A stretch of DNA of 64,000 nucleotides, taken from the NCBI RefSeq assembly GCF_018350175.1, contig NC_058368.1, forward strand, positions 98,086,001 through 98,150,000, read 5' to 3'. The stretch's first letter is position 1; each line of letters opens with the position of its first letter. The stretch comes from Felis catus (lineage: Eukaryota). Shown one piece after another: positions 50,658 through 63,080 of this stretch. A model generated the notes under the pieces. The model did not search any database, was not told where the DNA came from, and saw only the letters and a program-made list of their open reading frames with translations. Position numbers and translations under genes: made by a program.

Positions 50658-50875
50658 GGGGCGCCTGGGTGGCGCAGTCGGTTAAGCGTCTGACTTCAGC
50701 CAGGTCGCGATCTCGCGGTCTGTGAGTTCGAGCCCCGCGTCAGGCTCTGGGCTGATGGCTCGGAGCCTGGAGCCTGTTTCCGATTCTGTGTCTCCCTCTC
50801 TCTCTGCCCCTCCCCCGTTCATGCTCTGTCTCTCTCTGTCCCAGAAATAAATAAACGTTGAAAAAAAAATTTTTT
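50658..50875 (+). mobile_element. Young felid SINE (SINEC_Fc)
   Basis: CpG-rich; TSD aaatacatactttt. Confidence 0.97.
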
Positions 50876-51332
50876 AAATACATACTTTTTAATTTCTTGA
50901 GGTTTGCTTCATGAGCCATTGGCCAGTTTTCATGGAACTAATTTCTATCATAGCATTAGTTTTCTAGGCATCCTTGAAAAGAATATTTTCCATTTGTTCT
51001 GTGTCATTAATTCAGATTTGCAAATTATGTTGTTTGTTCTCTAACGTACCGATTTTTATTGTTTTTCTTGATTTATAAACTAAAGAGAGATGTATATGAA
51101 AAGCTAACCATGATGGGTTCTTTTTAAATTCTGTTTTGAAATTTCTGTCGGTTTGCTTCATGTATTTTGGAGCTGCCTCAGATGCATCCAAGTTTTGAAA
51201 TGGTAAATCTTTCTGACCTACATTATGTTTCAAAAATTTTTTGGCCTGAGTTTGTATTTTATGGTGTTAATAAAAGCACACAAGGTTATTTGATTAACAT
51301 TTTCCATATTTTTATGTTTGTGTATTTCTTTC

Positions 51333-51390
51333 TTTCTTTTTTTTAAGTTTGTGTATTTATTTGTTTTGATAGCAGGAGCAGTGGAGGGGC

Positions 51391-51438
<48 letters not shown>

Positions 51439-51577
51439 AGAGAGAGAGGAACCCAAGCAGGCTCTGTGCTGTCAGTTTGGAGCCTGATGTGGGGATCGAT
51501 CCCACAAACTGTGAGATCATAACCTGAGCTGAAATCAAGAGTCAGACATTCAACTGGTTGAGCCACCCTGGCGCCCC
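51333..51577 (-). mobile_element. Can-SINE
   Basis: Complete body with (GA)n linker. Confidence 0.93.
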
Positions 51578-51926
51578 TATTTTTCTTTTATATCATGTTT
51601 TAAATGGATGACAGTTGTTGGATTTTTGTTTTTTACTTCAGTCTGAATACGTTTGTCTTTAAATGAAGCATTTTCTCCATTTACAGTTATTATTACTCTT
51701 ATTTTGGATTACTTTCTGCCATCTTGTTTAATTCTTTATGTTCATTCTACCTTTTCTATGTTTTCTTTGCTTTTTTTCTTTTGTGTTATAATTTGGTTTG
51801 TGTGATTTTTCTTTAAATGTTTACACTTCTGTTTATGTACAAGCTATATATTCTGTGTGGTTTTCAGTTATTGTTATCATAGACATTTTTAACATCCACA
51901 CTTAGTATTTCAAAATCAAGTCAATT

Positions 51927-52146
51927 GGGGTGCCTGCGTAGCTCAGTTGGTTAAACTTCCAACTTCGGTGCAGGTCATGGGTTCAAGGCCCATGTGCAGC
52001 TCTGTGCTGACAGCTCAGAACCTGGAGCCTGCTTCAGATTCTGTCTTTCTGTATTTCTGCCCCTCTCCTGCTCTCACTCTGTCTCTGTCTCTTTCTCAAA
52101 AATAAAAAAAAAAACTAACATTAAAAAACAGAAAAGAAAAATTTTC
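51927..52146 (+). mobile_element. Can-SINE
   Basis: Degenerate TSD aaaatcaagtcaatt/aaaattgagtcagtt. Confidence 0.92.
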
Positions 52147-52927
52147 AAAATTGAGTCAGTTAACAATTTTACATTCTTCCTGAACAATTTGAAGATCTTA
52201 GAACATATTACTACATACACACTTTTCCCACTCACGTGTGACTTTTATGTCTATCCCATTTGTTTTTAACCCCACAGAACAGCATTACTTATGTTTTATA
52301 CAGTGTTTGCCCTGAATAACCTGTAGGTTGCCTTTACCTTGTGTTCAGGTCAGTACTCCTTCATGCAAATCAGATGTTCAGTTTGAATACTTTCCTTATG
52401 CTTGAAAAAATGTAAATATCTTGGTTCTTCTGGTGGCAAACTGAAGATTTTGTGTAATTGAAAATGCCTATATTTTACCCTAGTGTTTGGAAGTTATTTT
52501 CTCTGGGAATATAATTCTAGGTTGACACTTTACTAAGCACATTTATTTGTTGTTTTGGTTTCATCCCTGCTATTGAGAAGCCAGCTTTTAGTCTTATTGT
52601 TATTCCTGCTTTGGAAGTTTGTCTTTTTTCTTTTCCTGCTCTTAAATTCTTCTCCTTATTTTTGTTGCTCTGAAGTTTTTCACTATATTGTCATAGTGGG
52701 TATTTTTATTTATTTATTTATTCAGCTCTAGATTCACTGGATTCACTTGAATCAAAAGAATGGAGCCGTTCACAATTTTTAGAAAAGTCTTCAGTAGTTA
52801 TTTATTTTTTTTTCAAAAACTGCCTTTCTCTCTTTTCTCCCATTCTTGGACTCTAATGTTCTAGAATCTTTGTTTGCCATGTCTTAAATTCTTTTTTATA
52901 TTTTCATTTCTTTGTCTCTCTTTACAG

Positions 52928-52930
<3 letters not shown>

Positions 52931-52963
<33 letters not shown>
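52931..52963. repeat. (CA)n microsatellite
   Basis: Directly visible. Confidence 0.95.
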
Positions 52964-52966
<3 letters not shown>

Positions 52967-53913
52967 GTGAAATATACAGAGTGCTAATGTAGATCAGTGA
53001 TTTAGTTCAGCCATCAGTTTTAAAATTTAATTTATTATATTTTTTATTTCAGTAAGTTCCATATGGTTATTTTTATAATTTCTTATTTCTTATTTGTGTT
53101 GCCAGTTCTGCCTTTTCCTCTTAATATATATTTGATGTTCTTATTTTTCATGCTTGAGTATTTTATACTTCATATTTTAAAATGTATTTTGAAACAGACT
53201 TACCTGTGTTGATACAAAGTCCTTGATGGCAGGGGTTTTGATTATTTTACTTGCTACTCTGTTTCCAGAGCATAGAAGAGTGCCAAATTGAGGACACTTA
53301 GTAATCCTTTGTTGAATAAATTAATGATAAATTATACTCTGACGTTTTCAATCCTGAAGTATTTGTGTGTCTGACTCCCTGCCTGCTTTTTCTCTTGGTT
53401 CTTGCTCATAGTACTTTGCTTCCAGGTAAATCTGATTATTTTTGATTTAAGTGCATTTTTCTTGAAACTTTATTTACAAAACGTGTTTTCCTCCTGAGAG
53501 GATTGTGTTTATTTTTGGTAGCTTCTTGGACTCACTCCCAATCTGGAACAACTGTAAGCTAAGTTACTGGCTTTCTGTTTTTTGGACTACCTCTGTCATA
53601 TGAATTCAAGTTGCAGTATCTACATGCGGGAGGGTTCTATTCATTCTTTTCTTTTTCCCCTCCTCTTACCATCATCAAGGTTCAAGGCAAACAATGTCCT
53701 TGCTAGTGGTTTTGAGAAGGCATGTTTTTGTTTAGTCTATCTGTACATTGGCAGTTAATTTCCTAGGTTGGTCCTGTTCAGTAGAAGTGTAATGTGAGCC
53801 ATTATACATAAGGTAAAATATTCTAGTAGCAACATTAAAAAGTAGAAAGAAAAGTCTTAGTCATATTTTATTTAATGTCATTTTAGTAGGTAATATTGAA
53901 AACATTAGTGAGT

Positions 53914-54121
53914 GGGGCACCTGGGTGACTCAGTTGGTTAAGTGTCTGACTTCAGCTCAGGTCATGATCTCACTTTTCTTGAGTTTGAGTCCCACATCGG
54001 GCTCTGTGCTGACAGCTTGGAGCCTGGAGCCTGCTTTGGATACTGTATCTCTCTATCTCTCTCTCCCTCCTCCACTCGTGCTCTCTCTCTCCCAAAATAA
54101 ATAAATTAAAAAAATTTTTTA
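53914..54121 (+). mobile_element. Can-SINE
   Basis: TSD gaaaa(c/t)at(t/c)agtgag. Confidence 0.95.
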
Positions 54122-54339
54122 GAAAATATCAGTGAGCATTTTACATTCTTTCTTCATAAGAAGTCTTTGAAATGTGGTATTTTACACTTAGAACACATCA
54201 ATTCAGGCAAGGTTTTTCTTGAAAACACTTCCTGTGTGTATATGTTTTTAAAAATTTATAGTTGAAAAGTAAATTTGAGTACACAAGCTTCCCAGCCAAG
54301 CCATATGTTTTCAAATAACCTAATTGAGTATGGGTTTTT

Positions 54340-54583
54340 ATTTTATTTTATTTTATTTTATTTTTTTATTTTTATTTTTTTAACATTTATTTATTTTTGA
54401 GACAGGGAGAGACAGCATGAATGGAGGAGGGTCAGAGAGAGAGAGGGAGACACAGAATCTGAAACAGGCTACAGCCTCTGAGCTGTCAGCACAGAGCCTG
54501 ACGCGGGGCTTGAACTCACGGACCACGAGATCCTGACCTGAGCCGAAGTCGGATGCTTAACCGACTGAGCCACCCAGGCGCCC
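54340..54583 (-). mobile_element. Can-SINE
   Basis: 15-bp TSD tgagtatgggttttt. Confidence 0.97.
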
Positions 54584-54990
54584 TGAGTATGGGTTTTTAA
54601 GTTAAAATTAATTAAAATAAAGTACTAATAAAAATTCAGTTTCTCAGTTTCACTAGACAGATTGCAAGTACTCCATAGCCACATTGGCCATTGACTGCTG
54701 TATGGATAGTACAACTCTCTGGTTTTACTTTATGGGGGCTTCTTGGACTGTCTAATCCTACATCGTGGGCAGGTGCTACTTTTTTTCTCATGTCCCTGAG
54801 CAACATGTTGATAACCGAATTTCAAGCCAAATTTCAAGGCCAACCATATTATGGTAAATGGGTTTATAGAATATTTGCATTCATTGTTCCTCTTTCTAAT
54901 TCATATTCAGGCTTTTCCTTATTTTTAGGAAGAGAATGGTGTTGAACTATTTAAAACCTTTTTGTTGTTGTTGTTGTTAGGTTACAAATA

Positions 54991-55213
54991 TATTTTACTT
55001 ATTTATTTTTTTAAGTTTATTTATTTTGAGAGAGAGAGAGAGAGCAGGGGAGGGGCAGAGAAAGGAAGAGAGATAGAATCCCAAGTAGGCTCCGTGCTGT
55101 CAGTGCAGGGACCAGTGCGGGGTCATGAGTTCAGAACTCATGAACTGTGAGATCATAACTGGAGCTGAAATCCAGAGTCGGGCGCTTAGCTGACTGAGCC
55201 AGCCAGGTGCCCC
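54991..55213 (-). mobile_element. Can-SINE
   Basis: Complete body; degenerate TSD gttaggt.a.aaat. Confidence 0.93.
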
Positions 55214-55246
55214 ATGGTTAGGTAATAAATATATTTTAAATAATTT

Positions 55247-55464
55247 ATTTTTTTAAATGTTTATTTTTGAGAGAGACAGAGAGAACGCACGAGAGTGCGC
55301 AAGTGGGGGGTGGGTATGGAGAAAGGGAAACACAGAATCTGTAGCAGGCTCTAGGCTCTGAGCTGTCAGCACAGAGTCCCACACGGGGCTCGAACGCATG
55401 AACCATGAGATCATGAACTGAGCTGAAGTGGGATTCTTAGCCAACTGAGCCACCCAGGAGCCCC
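55247..55464 (-). mobile_element. Can-SINE
   Basis: Complete body; TSD ttaaataat. Confidence 0.93.
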
Positions 55465-55626
55465 TTAAATAATATTTTAATACTCGATCCTGCATTAAAA
55501 AACATTGTTTCACTGGGAGAGTCCGTGATAGTAGGTGGTCTTCCGTTCTTTCTGCACAAGAAGTTTGAGTCATTTCATCTGGAGGAAAACACAGAAATGT
55601 TTATTCCTCAAAAATATTTAACAGTA

Positions 55627-55814
55627 GGGCACCTGCCTGGGTGACTCTTTTGGTTAAGTGTCCAACTCTTGGTTTTGGCTTGGGTCATGATCTCACATTT
55701 CGTGGGACCGAGCCCCACATTGGGCTCTGCATTGAAGGTGCAAAGCCTGCTTAGGATTCTACCCCCACTCTTTTTGCCTCTCCCCCCCCCCACCTAAAAT
55801 AAATAAACATCTAA
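55627..55814 (+). mobile_element. Can-SINE
   Basis: TSD atatttaac(a/t)gta. Confidence 0.9.
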
Positions 55815-56026
55815 AATATATTTAACTGTAACATCTCAAGTAATTTTAAGTCTTAAGAGAAATATGATTTAAATAATAAAAATGTGAAAGGACTTGCCAT
55901 TTAAATAGGCTATTTCATACCAAAATGTGCTGCAAGATATGACAGTTTACTCATTGTTAAGGTTAGTAATGGATATCCTATTTGCTGTACTTGAAATATT
56001 GAACAAGTGGGAGATTCCAAATATTT

Positions 56027-56242
56027 TTTTTAATTTTTTTTAACGTTTATTTATTTTTGAGACAGAGGGAGACAGAGCACGAATGGGGGAGGGTCAGAGA
56101 GAGGGAGACACAGAATCTGAAACAGGCTCCAGGCTCTGAGCCGTCAGCACAGAGCCCGACGCGGGGCTCGAACTCACGGACTGTAAGATCACGACCTGAG
56201 CGGAAGTCAGCCGCCCAACCGACTGAGCCACCCAGGCTCCCC
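56027..56242 (-). mobile_element. Can-SINE
   Basis: TSD caaatatttt. Confidence 0.95.
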
Positions 56243-56519
56243 TCAAATATTTTAAAATAAAAATAGCATTCATCAGGAAAGGTTAATTTATACTCTTTAA
56301 GAAATAGCGCCTAGACTTTCTTCAGGGTGACTTTGGTAGTCTTTCTCTTTCATGGAAGGTAATGAATGTGATGGAGGATAAGTTTCTTATAATCTCTCTT
56401 ACTTCTCTGACTGATTGCTCTTGCTCTTTATGGGTTAATGCTAACATTCTTTCAGTTCTCATACCTGGAACTCTTTATTTGTGGTACATGGTACACACAG
56501 AAGCATGGAAGTCTCTGTT

Positions 56520-56748
56520 CTTGTTTTTTTTTTTTTAATTGAAAACATTTTTTTAGAGAATGAGAGCATGCAAGTGAGTGGGGAGGGGGCAAAGGGGAAG
56601 TGGCAGAGAGGAGGAGAGAGAAAATCTTAAGCAGGCTGCACGCTCATAGCAGAGTCTGATGTGGGGCTCTGTCCCACTACCCTGGGACCATGACCTGAGC
56701 CAAAATGAATAGTTGGACACTCAACCAACCGAGCCACCCAGGCACCCC
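56520..56748 (-). mobile_element. Can-SINE (older subfamily)
   Basis: TSD tggaag(t/a)ct(c/t)tgtt. Confidence 0.92.
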
Positions 56749-57298
56749 TGGAAGACTTTGTTTTAAAATGAGGTTAGTTTACCCAAATGGTAAAAACTTG
56801 GGAGGTTTATTATAAAACTCTGTGCAACAGAAAACATATAATGCCTGGGCTCTTGAACACCCAGTTTTCTAAGTAAACACATGGAGTTTTTATAGGTTGA
56901 AAAACTAGCAATAGAGTATCATAAGGCATTTGACAACTAATTCATTTGCCTAACATATAACTTAGTGGTAGAAATAAACTGATGTCTATTATAGAAGTGT
57001 CCAGTTTCTTGGTACAGTTTGTATCATTTATTTATGCCATTAAAAATTGTTCCATGAAGTAGGTTTACATTAGATAGTCCATTTGTTTAATAGTGATTTA
57101 TTGAGCAGTTACTATATAGGTAAGGTGCGTATTTGTAAGAGATACATAAAGAAAAGACATGTTTCTTTTCCTGATGGAGCAAAGTGAAAATGTGCATTTT
57201 AAATTATACACACCTAAACACATGAAAGGCCTAGGTTTCCCAAACACATGAAAGGCCATAAATACTTTTTGTTTTCATAAATACTTTTTAATAATTTC

Positions 57299-57770
57299 TG
57301 TCGGGGAGAAAGACCTTCCTCTGCCCTAAGGTTCTTCTAGCTGGACTTAGAATCAAATTGACATGAGACAGATTAACAGAAGAGAATCAAATTTCACAGG
57401 TGTACATCTGGGGAATCCACACGGACACGGAGTTCCAATCATGGTGCAGTGACAGGAAGCTTTTCTGAGCTAAGGGGAGGGGTAGAGCCTGGGGGTACAG
57501 AGAGGAGAAAAGTCAGTAACCAAAAAGGTGAAAAGAGATGTTTGGAAAAAGAAGACTGTTCTGTTATCCAAATGAGTTCCTTCTTAGGTCAAGTGGAGTC
57601 AGTGTTAATATTTCTCTTCCTGGTATAGGCTCTCCTTTTCAGTGTAAATTGAGGCCGTTATCGGGGAGGCAGAGTGCCTTTCCTGCCTCTGCTGGGCTTT
57701 TATTTTAACTCCACACGATCTTCATGTCAAAGTGGCACATTTGGGGGCAGCCTGCCGGAGGCCCCTATAC
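57299..57770 (-). mobile_element. Solo LTR, ERV1 class (MER34/MER110-like)
   Basis: tgtcggggagaaagaccttcctct...aaattgacatgagacagattaacagaagag...tcttcatgtcaaagtggcacatttgggggcagc, typical of an antisense ERV1 LTR. Confidence 0.7.
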
Positions 57771-58812
57771 TTGGTTATACACTGTGAAGTTTCCTTTTTC
57801 TTTTTTCTATGAAGGTGGGTATCTTTAAACTTAACATCCAGCTTCTTCCCATGTGCTGAGGCCACATGTAAACTGGTAACTACTGTATCTCCTGATTTTC
57901 TTTTCGTTGCCTTTTAGCCAGAAACCATCTTCTTTTCTTTCTTCTTTTTCTTTACATTTCTATAGCATTGTTCCCATGTCTCTCATAGGCCATATTTCTT
58001 ACTGATTTGTATTTGATTTCTGTGTACTCATCCAATTTTCTTTGCAGCTTTTGAAGATCCTAAAGTCAGAATCCATTCTCAGCCTTTGGTATTCCAACTT
58101 TGAGAAAATGAAAAAAGCACCAGAAACAAACTTTATATAATTTTCCCTTACATGTAGACAAAAAATATTGCTCTCTCAGTTGCACAGTACAAACTAAACT
58201 CATCTAGCATTTTTGTCGGCAGGAAAATTGCAGAAAGTGGCAATTCTCATTTTACCCCAAACCAGCTTTAAATCCAGTAAGAAATAAGGAGGCTTGTGGA
58301 AGCTAGAAGTAAATTTGTAAGTTATTGTCGTCAGATAACTATAGTTTTTTTTTCTTGTAGTTAGGCCTTCACTAAAATGACTAGGACAATACCTAATAGA
58401 AGTGCTAAAAGCAAAAATTTTTACATATTATAAAACTTACATACATTTATTTGCAGCACTGTTGTTCCCTGAATGATTTCTAAGAGGTAGGAAAGGGAGA
58501 ATTGCTTACAAGAGGAGAGTCGTTGGAGATAGCACAAATTAAATCTTGGTAACAAGCCAACACCAATATTTTACTTTGATAAAATAGCTTTTAAAAACAT
58601 CTAACTTTCCGATTTATTGGTGCTTAATTAAAAATCCTACTTTTACGGTTTCAAAAGACACTGAAGATCAATACTTACATAGTAATTCAATTTGTAAGAT
58701 CTGTGAATAGATACAAAATAAAATAAATTTGGATACTTTGAGCAATTTGAAGCATCATCAAAATATACAGAGTTGTGTTAGTTTAATGCAAATAACACAT
58801 ATTTATACTTTC

Positions 58813-59034
58813 TTTTTTTCAACGTTTTTTTTTTTTTATTTTTATTTTTGGGACAGAGAGAGACAGAGCATGAACGGGGGAGGGGCAGAGAGAGAGGGAG
58901 ACACAGAATCGGAAACAGGCTCCAGGCTCTGAGCCATCAGCCCAGAGCCTGACGCGGGGCTCGAACTCACGGACCGTGAGATCGTGACCTGGCTGAAGTC
59001 GGACGCTTAACCGACTGCGCCACCCAGGCGCCCC
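58813..59034 (-). mobile_element. Young felid SINE (SINEC_Fc)
   Basis: Perfect 18-bp TSD acacatatttatactttc; CpGs largely retained. Confidence 0.97.
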
Positions 59035-60072
59035 ACACATATTTATACTTTCAACATTGGCATTTATAAAAAGCTAGTACTGAAACTTAGACCCTGGCTA
59101 CATTGTACTTTTCATCAAATTAGTAGTCTCATTCTTACAGTGTCATTATTTTATCTGAAACTACTTCTTTTTAGCCATGAAATGTAATTTAAAATCAGAA
59201 AATGTGCTTTGTATTCTCATAATCAAATTTCCTAATATTTGTCACGTTTAAGAAATAGTGTACAAACACCATAGTTTTTCTTTAAGCAAATTATCATTGC
59301 AAAAGTTACTTTTCTCTGGTTATTGGAAGGTATTTTCTATTAGTGTAATGACTAAGCGTTTCAAATATTCATTGGGAGAAGGAAAAATTTACATGTTGTT
59401 GATAATAGACCTATTTTTCAAAATGACAAAGGAAGTTGTGCTATCTGATAAACATTTTATTAAAAAGTGGAGTGGAATAGTAATATAACAGCTTTTCTCT
59501 CCATCCTGAATTCAGGTTTTCTGTTTTCCCAGTTAAATCTCAGGGGGAAGTCCTTTACTTGGGTAATCCTATATCCATGAGCCCTTTACATTGTTTAACC
59601 ATGTGTATTGAGACCATTATGTTTTCCCCAAGAGTGTTTCAACTTTGTGTGAGATTGAGGAGTTTAGGCAGAATGTAAACGTTTTGGGAAATATCACACA
59701 TAGATATGTGAAAGGTTCAAAGGCTGCATGCTAACTGAAATAGGGAGCCAGTTTCCAAGTCATTGCAAAAGTCACTATGTCAGTAGGAGTGGCCTTTGGT
59801 TTTGGTCAGAGCTCTGCTAAATTTAATTTATCTGAATATTCCTCTAGAGTGCATATTTATCAGAGTACATAGACATTAGTTGAAAGTATTTGGAAAGGAA
59901 ATGGACCTGATGGAAAAATAAACTAATCTAACACCACAGTGTTGAAACTAAACAACATTATTGGTCACTGTGAATTTGTATGTGCCTGTTTTAGGGGATG
60001 ATGTGGGAAAGGTAAAAATCAGTCTATATAAGCACTATTCTTCTAAAATTATGTTTCATCGATATGTTATTT

Positions 60073-60107
60073 TTTAACTTTATTAAAAAATTTTTTAAAT
60101 GTTTATT

Positions 60108-60153
<46 letters not shown>

Positions 60154-60325
60154 TGAGCGGGGGCGGGGGCGGGGCAGAGAGAGAGGGAGACATAGAATCT
60201 GAAGCAGGCTCCAGGCTCTGAGCCGTCAGCACAGAGCACAACGTAGGGCTCAAATTCACAAGCCGGGAGATCATGACCTGTGCTGAAGTCGGACACTTAA
60301 CCAACTGAGCCACACAGGTGCCCCC
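60073..60325 (-). mobile_element. Can-SINE
   Basis: Complete body with long (GA)n; TSD atgttatt. Confidence 0.95.
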
Positions 60326-61519
60326 ATGAATACATGTTATTAACTGTATTTTTTAGTACCATAAAACATAAAAAAAGGAGTTTTACAATGTATTCTCTTT
60401 GTAGTAACTATTTTCAGTACTAATTTTCAGTAACTATTGCATGAAGGCTTAATGTAAAATTTGTTCTTTAGTTAAGCTATTATTAAATATACCTAACACT
60501 TGTGGAAATATTCATTGAATTCACACAATTGAAGATGAAAAACAGTTTTTAATAATTTAACAGAAAACTAAGTGAATATAAGATTTAAGAAGATCATAAT
60601 TTCTCCTTTTTAAATGCATAGTCTATTTGATATTGAACCAAAAACGTTTAATCTTTATCAGTCAAGACAAATTGAATTAATTTTAATCTTGCAAATTGAA
60701 TTAAATTTGTTCCACAGTGACACAATTCAACTTAAAAACAATTTTGGAAATTTTACTTCCAAACTCCCTATTTTTGACCTTGCCCCAACGATAGGTTCTA
60801 CAGATAGTACTAGGAAAAAATTGAGTTTATTGCTTAACCAAATGCACATGTAGGGCTCATTAAAAATGATAGAAGATCTCTATTTGATTTTTCTTTTATA
60901 TTATTTTTAAATTTTTATTTATTAAAAAGAAAGGTGGGGGCGGTAAATGAATTTATTATCTCTAAGACCTTGGTTTCACCATTATTTACCATAATAATAT
61001 TCTCCTCTATTCCACAGGTTAGTACATAATTTAGCTTCTTGAAATGTTACCTTGATCTCTAATTTAATTACAAATTTCTACATGCAACCTATTATGAATT
61101 GCTTTTTAGTATTACATAATCAGAATTAAATATTCAGCTAATAAGATATAAAGGGTTCTATCAACTTGAAGCAGAGTTATTTTATGTATTACTTTTATAT
61201 GAATTAGAAGGAGTCTTGTGAAGTTTTGGTACTTAATAAATGATTTCTATAAATCAAGTGTATTTCTGAAAGTTAAATAAATAAATATTACCAAATATTT
61301 ATTTCATAATTAAAGACACATAATTGATAAGACTAAAATTTGTTGTCTGGAACACTATATACTGCTATAATATCTTCTCAGATTAGCTTAAACACATTGG
61401 CTATATTAGTGAATTTCTATAATTAGTTTGTTAACTTATATAGAACTGGATTATTTTCTGTCATATATATATTGCTTATAATGTAATGTTAGTTGAAAAG
61501 AGTAGAATTTAGTATTGAA

Positions 61520-61670
61520 TTATGCAATTGGGTCTGATAGCAGATAGATCAATTAGATAAAAAAATGGATAAATGCCCGTAAACTGCTTAGCACAATGCC
61601 TGGTGTGTAGTTTGTCCTCAAAAAATATTAATTAGTTATTGCTTTATATAAGTTTGTTATTAATAATAAT
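61520..61670 (+). mobile_element. MIR 3' fragment
   Basis: gtaaactgcttagcacaatgcctggtgtgtagtttgtcctcaaaaaatatta. Confidence 0.6.
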
Positions 61671-62974
61671 AATTATTGTATGTACCATGGGGAGATATAA
61701 TAAAATAGTTATTGGGCATTTACATCATTAAACAGACTATTTTAAAAATGTCGTATGGTCCGTGTTCATAAAAGAGGACTCAGTTTCAGAAATTTTTAGC
61801 AGGTACAACAGAGTATATTTTAGTTAAAATGTATTTGTTACAGGATACTTTGCAATTTAGGATTTGGAAAGGTGGTGGCAAAATTACAGTTGTCAAAATG
61901 GTGATTTTCAATAAGTACTATAATTAACATGCAGTACTTCCAGAATGCACGTGCTTCTCAGCAGTGGGCCATGACTCACTTGTATTTGCATATAACCAAT
62001 GCATGTTAGATATAAATGTCCATTTATCCTCAGAGTAAAAATAAAGAAAATTTTGCCTAAATAGGTCCATTAATTGAAAGACCTTATCAGACTATATGTT
62101 CTATATAAAATGTTGGCTTTCTGTTCTGCAGAGAGCGCAGTTTTCTGTTAATGTTTATGTTATGTGCTATTTCAAACCTAGCCTGTGTCAGGTTGTGCAA
62201 ACAAGTGGAGAGTTCCTTCTTTCCCTTGATTCCTGAAAAAACAGACCAAGAATCCTCTTTAGGCATTTGGCAAATGTGTATAACTCCTCTTGAATCCACC
62301 TCCCGTACTCATACCTTTGTCAAGAAAGCACCAGCGGTTCATCACCCACTAGTAGATGTCCAGAGAGAACTGTACCTGAGAGTTCTACTAGTCATTCATG
62401 ACCTGCATGCCACATCGTTCTGCCTGAGTGCTTAGCATTTGCTCTCAGTAGCTTGTGCTCAGAAGCTTATAATGGTGCCTGAGCTTTCATAGCTGCCTCT
62501 GGGTGCCTCTAATTGGGGTAGCTTCTAGGCTCCTCTCCTGCCTCTTTGATTCATGTCTGTTTTGTGTGGTTTTTGGTCAGCACCTTCCTTGAATTTTAAC
62601 ACATCATATTTGCTGCACCTAGAGAGTACTTCTGCCTCTAGATCTAGAAAATAAAAATAAATTTGCTCTCTGAGAGACCAACCTCCGGTCTTCCCATGAA
62701 AGAATAAGTACTACTTCGGGCAAATGAATATTGGGAATTGCTCAGCTATCAGGATTTTTTTTTTCCAGCTCTTCTAAACAAGTAATTCATCAGTTTATTA
62801 GTCCCATAACATACATGCGTTTTTCTAATCTTTGACAAAAGGTCAGCACAGTGTTTGTCCTTTTAATAGAACATGTTATTGAAAATTTCAGTTCATCGAT
62901 TTTTCTTTTCTGTGCTTAAGTGCCCAATTTACTGACTTAATTTTCAGGTCCTCAAAAGCAGGAACTACTTTTCG

Positions 62975-63080
62975 TCTCTCTTCCTTCCTTCCTTCTCCCT
63001 TCCCTCCCCTCCCCTCCCCTCCCCTCCCCTCCACTCCCTCCTTCCTTCTTTACTTCCTTTCTTCCTTCCTTCCACTTCCC
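62975..63080. repeat. Polypyrimidine (CCTT)n/(CCCCT)n tract
   Basis: Directly visible. Confidence 0.9.

Larger units (their letters stand above)
49070..53700 (-). mobile_element. Highly degraded ancient L1ME-like sequence (continues 40990-41425), with nested SINEs
   Basis: T-rich antisense L1 motifs in collinear order (tgtcaaagaaccaa; ccttgaaaagaatattttcc; ctgggaatataattctaggttgaca; ctgctattgagaagccagct). Confidence 0.6.
53765..54718. mobile_element. hAT-Charlie fossil (MER3/MER33/Charlie5-like) with two nested SINEs
   Basis: Left end ctgttcagtagaagtgtaatgtgagcca...ttctagtagcaacattaaaaagta; right end aaaattcagtttctcagtttcactag...caagtactccatagccaca...tggatagtaca. Confidence 0.75.

Noticed and set aside
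58048..58088. Possible exon after a strong polypyrimidine acceptor (ttttctttgcag)
   Set aside because: Only a weak donor (TTG|GTATTC) nearby, 41-nt length and no recognisable peptide.
3390..60325. The many MAQxVK/TSAQVMIS-type ORFs as a gene family, or SINE heads as tRNA genes
   Set aside because: All are translations or tRNA-derived heads of Can-SINEs with poly(A) tails and TSDs.
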